Notes under the pieces: generated by a model
Seen by the model: the letters and a program-made list of their open reading frames with translations, nothing else
The model's database searches: none
Told to the model about the DNA's origin: nothing
Made by a program: the position numbers and the translations under genes
Assembly: GCA_021613535.1 (NCBI GenBank)
Contig: CP075495.1
Coordinates: forward strand, 9,300,001 to 9,364,000
Direction: 5' to 3'
Length of the DNA stretch: 64,000 nt
Origin: Adineta vaga
Lineage: Eukaryota; Animalia; Rotifera
In this document: positions 24,674 through 36,525 of the stretch, in pieces
How the letters are laid out: every line of letters begins with the position of its first letter
How positions within the stretch are numbered: position 1 is the first letter of the stretch

Positions 24674-27600
24674 CTTCTTCTTCTTCTTCTTCTTCTTCTT
24701 CTTCTTCTTCTTCTTCTTCTTCTTCTTCTTCTACTCTTACTTCTACTTTATCGTTGTCACTTGGAGTTTGTTGGTGAAAGGGAATAAAAAAAACCAAATT
24801 TTTTTCTTCGTCTTCAAATATATTTCTTGCTTTTTGATTGGTTGATTTTTTCTTCTCTTCATCTACTTTTGCTCGTTTTTTTTCATTCTCTTCCAAAGGT
24901 AAATTGACAACTTCAATGTTATTATTTGGTTTTATTATCATACGTAAAGAATTTCCAGTTCGATCTATTTGTACATGATTTTCATGCCAATGTAATATAT
25001 CATTTATTTCTAAAGCTTGTTGATGTAAAAGATTTGATAAGCGTAAACCATCTTCTCCACCAATACGTACTAAATAATTAGGCATTGTTCGATAACGTAT
25101 AAGAAACATTTGACCTTGATGACTTGACCATTGTGCATTGTCTGATAACCATTGTATAACACTTATATCACCTTGACTATCATCATCATGATCATCATGA
25201 TCATCACCAACAACAGCAACATTTTCTTGTACTGCTAGATTTTGATCATCAGACAAAGGTGGTAATTGTAATGATTGATCATCCAATGTTAATATTAATG
25301 ATTGACCATCTGGTCCTTCTTCGTAAGAACAAATATGTAATAATAAACTAGCTAATTCATTTGCATTCAATGTATGACCTAGTTGATGTTTTTCGAAAAG
25401 ATCATGAATATCTTCATTGGGTACGATAAAAGTTCCGTTTAATATTAATGTTCCTGTATCATTATCAAAATGTATATCATTTAGTGAACGAAGAAGTTTA
25501 GCTAAACGTTCAATTAATTCTAGTGATGGAGATGTTTGAATAGTTAACACTCGTCGAACATCTAATTCACTATTTGCAACATGAATAAGTTGTTCATTGG
25601 CATCGAATGAAACATGACCTGTACGAATTAAATATTTTAAAATTTCATTCCAATAATAATTTTGATTTGATTGTAGCTGACGTATTTGATAAAGATCAAG
25701 TATACGTGAACCTAAACGACCAATCAATGGAATAATGACACCATCAACATTCATTTCTTGTCGATCAAAATCAAATGTTGTATGTCCAACAAGCCAATCT
25801 TCAATAACAGCAATTAACTGTGCTGGTATACGACGATTTACACGACTAAGTTCTTCAACCCATTGTGCATTGTGATATTTTTTCTTATAAACTAACCATT
25901 TATCTGCTGGAATAACAATTGGTTCTCCATGTATGAAAACAACTAATTGATCCAATTCAGTTTCAAATGGTAGTGGATATTCATCAATAGCATCAAGATA
26001 AACATTTTTTGCTAAAGTTATATTATCATTTGTTGGTAAACGTATATGTGACATTTGAATTTGTTGACCATCAATAAGAAGAACTAATGCTCCATCATCA
26101 CTACGTAAACGTCTTGCATTCGTAGAAAAATAGTCATAAATAAACTGTTCATAACTTAATGGATTCAACTCTAGTTCGTTCATTTGTTCACGTGCTTCCG
26201 GACGAAGATTTTCATAAATAGGTTGTTCTTGTAATTGAATATCATTAGATGGAACAAGAATTGAACTAGCTACTGCAATAAGACCGGCCACTCCACTTTG
26301 TGTATCGGGATGATGCGGAATAGAAGGTTCTTCTATGATAGTACTTGACTTTGGTCGAAATTGTTGAGTTCTTTGTTGTTGTTGTTGTTGTTGTGGTTCA
26401 TCAGCAGAACTATAACCTGATTCAATCACTGTCATTTGACTATCCGTTCTTTTATTTACAATAGGTTGTAGTTGTTGTTGGAGTTGATACTGTTGCTGAG
26501 GATGTCGTGATTGTTGTGGAGTAGTAGATGAAGCAATAGATTCTTGTGAACCGACTCTTGTATATGAAGCCGTTGGTGTAGAACCAAAAACACTAACCGA
26601 TGGTTGACTCTCATGAATAGTACTTGTTTCAGTATATTTGCCAATACCAGAAGATATGGTAGTCGGCTGTTTTTGTTGCTGCCATGCTCCAGCACCAGTA
26701 ATGCTTACGGTAGAACCAGGATCATTTTCTGTTATTTTAAAACGTTGAATTTCAGCGGTTGGTGTCTGATTATTAGATGATGATATAATTTGATCTTGAG
26801 ATGAACTTCGTGGCCGTATTCGTCGATCAAGTGGATAATTTCGAGGAGTATTATCTTCTGAATCACCTTGATATGCTGAACGATCACTATATTCATTGAT
26901 TTGTGTATCACCACTATCCTGTCGAGAACGTGATTGTTGTTGAAGACGATATAATTGATCACGTTGAGCCGATGTTAAACTAAACCAAAATGTTTCATCC
27001 CATTTCCATGTACGACCATCCTACGAAAAACATATAAAAAATTGAAAGAATAAATCAGAAAAGAAAATAAATCTATATCTTACTGGTAAATAGTATCCAA
27101 TGTCATTTTGGGATTTAATTCGTTTACCAATAATGTGTTGAATTTCTTCAATATCAAATGGGAATGAATATATTTGGGTTTTTTGTTGTTGTTGATGTTC
27201 TTCTTGAACACCAACTAAATCTTCCCATGTTAGTGGAGCAACAACATGTGTATCTGCTGTTGGTTGTTTCGTACGTGGAGCAACTTTAAGAGGTTCAGTA
27301 TGTTGTATAGTAGATGTTTTCGGTTGTTTAACACGAAATCGTATTTCGTCACCATGTCTCGAAGGTCTTTCTTCAGGTTCTATTCGTTTGTTTTGTGCTG
27401 TTGGACTATTTAATGTAGATGAATCAGATGAACGACCACTTTGTTGTTCAAATAGTGAACGAAGTGCATCTACTCGACCAGCTGTTGTTATTGTTGATGT
27501 TGTCGAATGAGTATCAGATGGATCCATATGTTCTTTAACCCATTTGGACTGATTTTTTGGATGATGAGTATCAACAACAAGTTGATAGTCTAGTCTTTGT

Positions 27601-30600
27601 AATTGATCACGAACAAGACGAGGATCAACACCTGTAGTAGACGTTAATGAAGAGGGCGGTTGAGAGGGAGGAGGAGGAGGAGGAGGAGGCGGCGGCGGTG
27701 GTGCAGTGGTTGGTCTTGATACTATTGCTTCGTTAAGATTGGTCAATCCACTTGCTCGTTGTAGACGGCCTATTACTGGTTCTTTACTACTTGATGTAGT
27801 CGTCGTCGTCACTATTGAATCATCTTCTTCTGTATCAAAATTACTTTGCTGTTCAGTTTGTTCGAACGACAATGTACGATTCGCACTTATTCGAGGTGTA
27901 ATAACTGGTGCAGATACATTTGGAAATGTTCGTGACGATGGTATTGGATCTGAAGGAGTATATTCTTCACTGAGACTATTTGTAGCTGATGCCGGTATAA
28001 CACGAACCAATTGTTCAGCAAATTGCACACGGGATGGACGTCGGTGATCATCACTATCATCCAAAATAAATGATGTTTCAAATTGACTATCTCCTGATTG
28101 CATATCATATGGCACAGGTGGCCAACTAGATATTCGTGTTGTTTCTTCTGTTGCAGGTGTTGTAATCGTTTGACGAGGATTTACAAATGGTGCATCATTA
28201 TGTGGTTTGGAAGACGTATTTGTAGCTGCTGTCCAATCTTGATTTGTGAATGAACCAGACATACTACTCACTGTTGAATGCGTATTAATTTCATCACCAC
28301 TTAAACGTGATGTACGATCAGAATCTAATTCGTCAGGTTGAAGCATTGTTCGAGAAGATTTAGGACGTGGAAGAGTTGGAGGTGGAAGTGGCTGTTCTGA
28401 AGGTGATGATTGAGCAATAATTGTTGTTACTGATGACGTACTTGTTGGAGACGATAGAGATGTTGGTTTATTTTGTTCTTGATTATTATCAACGTGTATA
28501 AGATATTCTTCGTATGAATATCTTGATTCTTCAACGAGTTCACTTGGTGAAAGTAGTTCGTCAGTATCGACAAGTGATGATGGATTATTAGCTAAACGTT
28601 GACTACCAGAATGAATTTTCAGACGTTGTTCATAAATAAGATTATTTGAGTTTGTTGTTTGTTGATTATTACCAATCACTAACGTTGAACCGTGTGTTGA
28701 TAATTGACTTAATGATAATGGTGGAGAAGTTTGAGTTGATTTGGCCGATGCTGATGGATCGTAATTAGCACGAAAACGAATTGGTTGACGTTCTTGTTGC
28801 TCAACAAATACACAACTATCTTGAGTTGAATTTACACTCGCTTGTTCTGTATTATTTCGATTAAGATAATAGATCGATAGAAGTTGAGTTTCAGCAAAGG
28901 AAGGAATGGACCTGGACTGAAAAGATTGAGTAATTTGATTTTCTTGATTAGTTTGGTAGAATTAGCTGATTGAGCAGGGATCATCAACGGAAATGATGAT
29001 GATGTAACGATGCTTGAAGGCAACGTATATGTACTTGTTTGACGAGAATTTGGAATTACGTTTGGAGATAAGGAAGAGTCACTTGAATCGCCTGATGCAG
29101 TATTCAATTGTTCACGACGTCGTACTGTTCGTTTTGGGCGACGAGTTTGATTTTGTTGATGCATTTAAACTTAAGGAAGAAAAAAAATATGTAAATAGAT
29201 TTCATATTTTATTGTTATTTTGTTTTTTTAGTTAAAAAATATAAACATTGTCACAATACCTCCATTTTTACACTCTTCAATAGCCTTGAACTTTTTCACA
29301 ACATATACATGCTCATTTCAATCATCATCATCTCATACTTTTGGTCAAAATGTATGCATGCACTTTTGCTCTCTTCGTATTTCTTCTTCTTCTTCTTCTT
29401 CTTCTTCGCTTTCTTCTCCTCTCGTATTCGAAATATGACGACGAATTTTTCTGTTTTTTTTCACTTTTATATTTACCTCATTGGGTTCGTTCTTTTTCTT
29501 TCTTCGTTCTTTTACTTCAAGTTAAACTAACTCAACGAACATCGACGAGATTAGTTCACTCAATTCTCTTTCTTCTCGACAATATGCCTCAGGAAGAAAA
29601 AGAAAAAAGCAAGAGAAAGACCGGCATCGTTAGTCATCGCTGCATCATGTCAAAATGAGTAAAGAGAGCGAATAAACATTATAATTGCGATTTTTTTTCA
29701 CGACAGTAAGGGAGCCACGCACTTATAATGTATGTGGCAACGAATAGAGTGTCAAAAAAATATACACCATTGAATTAGTTATGTAAAGAAGAGAAAAAGT
29801 ATACTTTTGCCATTGATCAATTTTGGTCAATCAATAATAGAAAAACATTGACTGAATAGAAAAAGTCTTACGTGAAGAAGAAAAAAAATGAATTAAATTC
29901 GTAAGATTTCTTACTATTTATATTGAGAAATAAGATGATTTAAACATAACATCTATTAAAGATTTGCTTCTTCGGTAACTGTCATTAAAATTGAAACGAA
30001 AAAGAAAATGAAACCTTCAAGCAACAGGCCAACTACTCATTCTTCTTCTTCTTCTTGACGAACGCGTGTAGTAAAGTAAATAGTAGTAAATCTCATGTAT
30101 ATATATATGTTCGGTCATATTAAAGTGAAGAATGAAAGGGAAAGTTTCAATTTACGTCTATTCGAATAATACTTGACATTTTTTCTTTGTGAAAAATGAT
30201 TATTATCATTATCTTTTTTTTTCAATTTAATAACCAAAGGTTTCTTTTACACCTTACAATAAACAATAGTGTGAGATATATTTCTTACCTTTTTATTGTC
30301 TCGCGTTTGATTTCTTTGTATTTGATAATTATCTTAATTTTGTAAGTTCATTGTGTAACTTGACCAAAACTTGTATAATATAGATGAACCAGTCAAGTAA
30401 CACATAATGTAGCAGATGGCGGTCAAACCAAAATGACATTTTTTTTCTCGAGCGAACAAAAATGCCCAAGAATTAAAGAAGAAGAAAGCGAGAGAAAAAG
30501 AAACGCAGGAAAAAATGCAGAAGAACAACAGCAATAGACATGAAATTATAACCGGCCCAATACAAAGCCGACAGAACATATCAACATGATCGGAAGATTT

Positions 30601-33600
30601 TTTTCAAAAGCACCAATCTATATGTCTGGTTGATATGGACGATTTAGAATTAGGATGAATGATCGAATTCAAACGAACGAACGAATCAATGAGTCGAGAG
30701 AAAGAGAAATGATTATTGTACCGACTGCTAGATATATTTTTACTTACCTCGACTAGTACCACTTGTAGGATGACCATCGGCTTGATCATCATAATGAGAA
30801 TCACCTCCTAGAAGAGAACTAAGTGTCAATATGATTGTGTGTTTTTTTTCAAACGAAAAAGAATCTTGGCAAGGGACTAATCCGAAATGTATTGGATGCA
30901 GGTGCGATCTGATGAAAATAAAAGAAAAAGACCTTTTATCTTTATTATTTAAGCAAGGAAAGAAAGAAAACCATGCTTTAGTTTATATTATCATAACTTT
31001 TCACACACACCTCCATTATTGATATGAGCTAAAGTTTTGCTTCCTATATGTATATATGTATCAAAATAGAAAACAATAGTAAAAAGTATGCTATTTTGTT
31101 TATTCGACTAGATACCCTTTCGAATTTCATCAAGTAAAAGATTTCTTTTCAGTGCTGAATGAAGATAGAAATGATATATTGAAAAGAATCGTAAATGATA
31201 TAATGAAAAACAAACCTTGTCCACGAATTTGATTTTGTTCAACTTCGCGTTTATATTTTTCGATTTCATCGTTATCCATATGTGCAAATGGATTTTGAGC
31301 ATAATAGGATTTATAAACGACAGCATTGTTTTGTTGATCACGTTTAATAATACCTTTTGAGACTGCTCCAACAACAACAACAGGTTCAGATGATGTTTGA
31401 TGTGGATCCTGTTAAAGATTTATTTTAATTATCAGAAATAATGCAAAGAACTCGAGATCGATTTTCTTACTTTCATTTGTGTTAAATCTTCCCAACCAGC
31501 ATTTTCAAGAATTTTCGATTGATAACCAGCAGATATTTTTTCATTGAAACGATCTTCTTTCATCTGTTTTTGATGACTTTTAAGTTCTTTGGGATCAATA
31601 TTGCTTGGAGCAAATTGATGTTTTGTATCAATTTTAATTGGTGTTGAATGTTTGAAACCTGTATCTGGCACCCACTGTAGAGAAAAAAAGGGAAACTCAT
31701 TGAATCTAATATGTTTCCAAAGACGTATAAGAGGTGATTATATTTAAATCTTCTTTCAATTGAAATATTACGTCATCTTCTAAAGTAAAGAATAGGCGAT
31801 TGTTCATTTTTTACTGATCGACAATTCTGTTCTCTATTCTGGACATGACAGAGTCAAACATTATCCATTATTGATTTCGTAAAGTTACATTTTCATTAGA
31901 ATTAATCACGAATATAAAAACATGATATTTTTTAGATTTGGTCATGGTTTTTATTACAATCATATAATTATGATATAGGTAAACAGTAGTGAAAGATCAA
32001 ATTTTGAAAGTTATCTTCCATAAAATTGTCAAACCTAGGTCGTACTTCCTGTCAAGGATAAATTTAATGAAACGATTTAATACTTTCGAATGACATGCAT
32101 ACTAATACTAACGATCGAACACATCAAAACCTTGCATATTCTCATCTCTCATCTCTCATCGCCTATGAAACGATTTATACAAACGAGATGAATACTTAGT
32201 CAAATTCTTTTTCGTTTTCATAATCAATTGTGATAAAACTTTTCTTTTCTCAACTTGAGAAATTGTTCTCCTAGAATTTAGATAATCATATTCATGTATA
32301 TTTTACTCTAGTGTGTCATTTGTTATATTGATTTCAATCTTTCTATTATATATGAAAAGGTCAAGTTAGAGGAATACATTTGTTACTGCTGTTGCTTATC
32401 ATTGTTTTAATTCAGAAGGTTAAATGTCATGGACATATAGATTTGAAATTCTATTCTACTAAACAAAAGAGAAAAACGTTCCTATAGAATTCTTACTTTT
32501 GTCACTTTTTTTGGATTCAGTGTTCCTGTTTCTTCGATTTCTTGTTTTAAATATGCATTTGGTGAATTGCACCATTCAGTTGTGTGTTGAGCTTGCCGTG
32601 ATGGTGAACTAAAATAAACAAGATTTTTTTTTGCGTAAAGAAAGAATCACAATCGACATTAAGTGACTTACTATGCTTCGGGATGTGTTTGTCCTCCATC
32701 AACAAAAGCCGTAGCTGATGAAGCAGCTGGTGGTACTTCAATGTCTTTGAACGTTGCTGCTTTATCCAATGTACGAATCAATGGTTGCCGATAAACATAA
32801 CCCGTACGAAAACCAGCATTATCCAAAATACGCATTAAACATTCAAATTCAAGTTCACCTATTTTCCATTTTCGATCTTCTGTGGCTTCATTGATATTTC
32901 CTTGTAAGACATCAGCAATCTAGAATAATAGTATTCATTCATTATTTCAACATACAAAGAAAAACTAAAAGAGCAAATATCATTCATCTTTCATTTACCC
33001 GTTTTTGTTGTTCATTCGTTGGTAAATATAATTGATCAATACCAATTGGTGCTGCACGTACTTGTACTTCACAAGCATTGATAACATTAAATGCATATTT
33101 CCATGCTTCTTCTATTGTTTCACCACATGCAACAAATCCATGATTACGTAAGATCATAACTTTATTTATCGGACCTAAATCTTCGACCAGAAGTTTTTTC
33201 ACATCATCTTCAATTAAAATACCACGATAATCATGATAAGAAATCTTTCCGCAAAATAAAGCATCTTGAGATAATGGCAAAAGTCCACATTTCATTGCTG
33301 ATACAGCAGCAACTGCTGGTGTATGCAAATGTACAATACATTTTATATCCGGTCGAGCTTTATGAATTGCTGAATGAAGTGTAAAACCAGCACGATTGAT
33401 TCCGTATGTTGTACTACCCGGATCGACAATATTGCCTTTATAAAAGAAAGAAGAGAAAAGTAAAAAAAAAAAGAAAAAGTTTCATGCTGATTTTTTTGTT
33501 CGTTCTTACCAGCAATATCAACTTTAACTAAAGTTGAACCTGTGATTTCATGATACATCATACCAAATGGATTGATCAGAAAATGTTCTTGTTCTTGATT

Positions 33601-34220
33601 AATACGTACCTAAAAATGCATAAAACTGTAATTGTTTCTTTCCAATTTAAATGTATGAAGACAAAAAGTTATCTCTAATGTTCTTATTCGGATATTATTA
33701 TTCATCATCTATTCGTATTTTCAATATTAAAACAACAACAACGAACCGTGATATGATTATAAATGCCTTGTGACCATCCGAATAAATCAACTAGTCGATA
33801 GAGTGACGCTACTTTACATCGAAGTAAACGTTCACTTTTCGAATAACCTGTTGAATCAACACCACGAATATCATTGATTGGTACAATGACCGATCCACCA
33901 GCACGTGATAACGATGAAACTGTTGTCCATCGTGATGTATGTGGTAATAATAATTCAGAGATTTGCTGTAAAGCAATTAATGACGCTGGATGTGGTCCAT
34001 GTTTCAATGCGTCTGTTATAATTGCTTCTAATTCATGACGAAATTCATTTGAATTTAATATCATTGTTACACGTTGTCGTTGTCCCATTTGACGCATATC
34101 TTCTTTAACATCTGCTGGTCGATCTAATTCACGACGATACTCATCATCAACATCATCAGCATGTTGTGAATGAACTTTGACAGGAGATTCCACATGTGTT
34201 CCATTTGTTACTGTTGGCAT
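18389..34220 (-). CDS. hts: Adducin (hu-li tai shao homologue) with class II aldolase-like head and MARCKS-like tail
   Basis: Head: [57 protein letters not shown]. Coding exons run from 34220 to 30748. After intron 30747-19323, five small phase-compatible exons end in [21 protein letters not shown]...KP* (TAA at 18389-18391). Confidence 0.93.
19944..29164 (-). CDS. Giant (~3,050 aa) uncharacterised protein nested on the same strand inside the adducin intron
   Basis: ATG at 29164; apparent 1-bp frameshift near 28952; open to a donor at 27083; intron 27083-27021; then one 7,077-bp open exon 27020-19944 that contains the 2163-aa ORF. Disordered S/T/P-rich N-terminus, degenerate repeats, poly-E tract. 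Confidence 0.8.
24645..24731 (+). repeat. (TTC)~29 coding microsatellite encoding a poly-Glu tract on the minus strand
   Basis: Perfect TTC run, in frame within the giant ORF. Confidence 0.95.
31108..31154 (-). CDS. Putative alternative terminal exon of adducin ([15 protein letters not shown])
   Basis: A typical-size 61-bp intron 31215-31155 (gtttgt...cttcattcag) follows a phase-1 donor, and the exon is open to TAG. Confidence 0.5.
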
Positions 34221-35436
34221 TTTATCAAAAGAAAACTTTCTATCTAGAAAAAGAAACACCAATTTTCATTGAGAATAAATCATTCATCTCGTTCACAATG
34301 TTTTGATTGTATTCTATATGAAAATATTCGTTTCCTGACGTTCTTTTTTCTCTATTGTGAATACTTCCGAGTAATAGTGCCAACAAATGCACAATTAAAC
34401 AGTAATATATATATATATAAATAATTATGATATAAGCTGGTTAATATATCGAACGAAATAAATTCTAGTTCAAAAGATTTCTATTACATACGTAATATAT
34501 ATCATATGTCTATAGAGAGCAAATAGAATGAATGCAAATAGTATACAGGTTTTCTTTTTTAGAAGCTCATGGGAAATTTAAACACAAAGCAAGTTCAAAA
34601 TCAATAAATTTTTCTATGTAAGTGTGACAGCTGTGTCCCACTAATAAACAATAGAGAAGATCAATATTTTCAGATTGATTTAGAAAATATATATTAAAAT
34701 ATACATTATCAATTTGTTCAATATCTTATCTTGTCTTAATCCCTTATAAGAAATATTATAATGAATTCAATCAAACAGAAACTATAACGGTAATGATGAG
34801 TAGTATTATTTATACAAACCTTGAACAAAGTGTTAATATATTCTATCACTTAATTAGATTTTAATATACAAATGATTATTATTATCATGCATAATCATAG
34901 ATTAGTCGAATCAAATCTAAATTACTAAAGAATGAAGTTAGAATTTAAAAATTGCTTTTCTCTTTAGTCTAATATCTGACGTGAATATTAATAATCATGA
35001 ACAAAGAGATTATTTATCTTCTTTCCTTTTTTCTTAGGATTTCATCAATAAGCAATGCATGTATATCATTATATTCTCCATTATCTTCGAAAAAACAAAC
35101 ATTTCTTCGACTAAGATATTTATGATTTAAAATATTGTTCAAATCAGATCTGATTTTGCCTGTATCAGTGTAGCAACACTTCATTTTATTTTCTCATTAA
35201 TATAGAGTAAATATCAAGTTTTACTAATCAATAGGCTTCTGTCCTTAGTTCCTATTTAGTAAGAAATCTTATCATCGCTAAACTGAGAAAAGAATAACAT
35301 CATAAAGTTTCTCTTACTTGCCAGTATCAAGGATACTCGAAAATTGCTTCATATGATAATCATAATACTTTACTGAGCTCCAATTATATCTGTACTATCT
35401 AAAATAAAAATAAAAATCTTTCTTTTCTCAATCTTA

Positions 35437-36525
35437 TCAATTAATCTGTTTTTGTTTAATCGCCATTTCTAAACGATACTCTTCACATAATTTTTTAGTT
35501 TCTTCTGTCAAAGGATGTCTTTCACCCATAGATATTTGTACTCGTTGACAAGTATTCTTCATGGTTGATTGAAGAATTAGATAAGATAGAGTTTCTGCTA
35601 ATAATAATTCTAATTTCAAATGTTTAACATGATGTAATGATACATAAGCATGATAATAGGGTAATAACTGATCATAATATTCCGATAAATTCTTACTCAA
35701 TTCATATGCATTCAGATAATCTAGTTTATCAATTGATTTATCCATTTGTTGTTCAGTTAGATGAATTTTTTCTAATAAAATAAATTCATTTGGATCATTT
35801 TTTAAACAACGTTTACATTGACAAGTAAAATAATAATTTTCTCGTAGAAATTCTTGTCGAGTTTGATATGGTTCTAATAAATCAATATAATTTATTGTCC
35901 ATTCATCTGTTAATTGATCTGATAATGTTCGAATAGACAGATATTTTCCATTGAAAATTGTATGACACGTTGGAAAACATGAATGATTGTAGATTGTAGC
36001 ATCGAAATATAAACCATAACCAATCGGTTTTAAATCAATTGTATCATGTATAGTTAATGTATTGATAACTAAACGACAAAAGTGTTGAAAGATTAATGTC
36101 TCATCTAATTGATCAAAGATATTCCATTGTTTTAATTGTTGATATATCAATTGAAATGTTGTATAACGTCGTCGATCATTTCGAATTTCATTGTCATGAG
36201 TTTTAAGATCAGTTAAACAACGTTTTGTTGAAGAACTCTCTATTCCATGATCATTTTTATATCGAAGAATTAAACGTAAAAATAGACGTGTTAAATCATA
36301 TTCATTAGTAATTGTATGTAAATGTTCACATTCATATTTATGATAGATCCAATCTTGTCGTTGACATGATATTGAACAATATGATATTTGACGACATTTG
36401 GAACAACGTTTTAAATCATTTGAAACATTCAAACATTGACAACAGTATGTTGATGTCGATGATGATGAAAGAATATGAACATAAGGTAATAAAGATGAAA
36501 AAAGATCCGTACCACAGATTACCAT
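35437..36525 (-). CDS. SMYD-family (SET + MYND) lysine methyltransferase, intronless CDS
   Basis: MYND finger CCQC..CSKC..YCS..CQ..DW..HK.EC; SET GYGLY..IYNHSCFP; post-SET YYFTCQCKRC; C-terminal helical region with HPLT. Confidence 0.9.
   Translation of the reverse strand: MVICGTDLFSSLLPYVHILSSSSTSTYCCQCLNVSNDLKRCSKCRQISYCSISCQRQDWIYHKYECEHLHTITNEYDLTRLFLRLILRYKNDHGIESSSTKRCLTDLKTHDNEIRNDRRRYTTFQLIYQQLKQWNIFDQLDETLIFQHFCRLVINTLTIHDTIDLKPIGYGLYFDATIYNHSCFPTCHTIFNGKYLSIRTLSDQLTDEWTINYIDLLEPYQTRQEFLRENYYFTCQCKRCLKNDPNEFILLEKIHLTEQQMDKSIDKLDYLNAYELSKNLSEYYDQLLPYYHAYVSLHHVKHLKLELLLAETLSYLILQSTMKNTCQRVQISMGERHPLTEETKKLCEEYRLEMAIKQKQIN

Noticed and set aside
19987-28108. Short antisense and alternative-frame ORFs inside the giant gene, including the poly-Phe ORF 24600-24845
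   Set aside because: These are shadows of the long minus-strand CDS and its GAA repeat.
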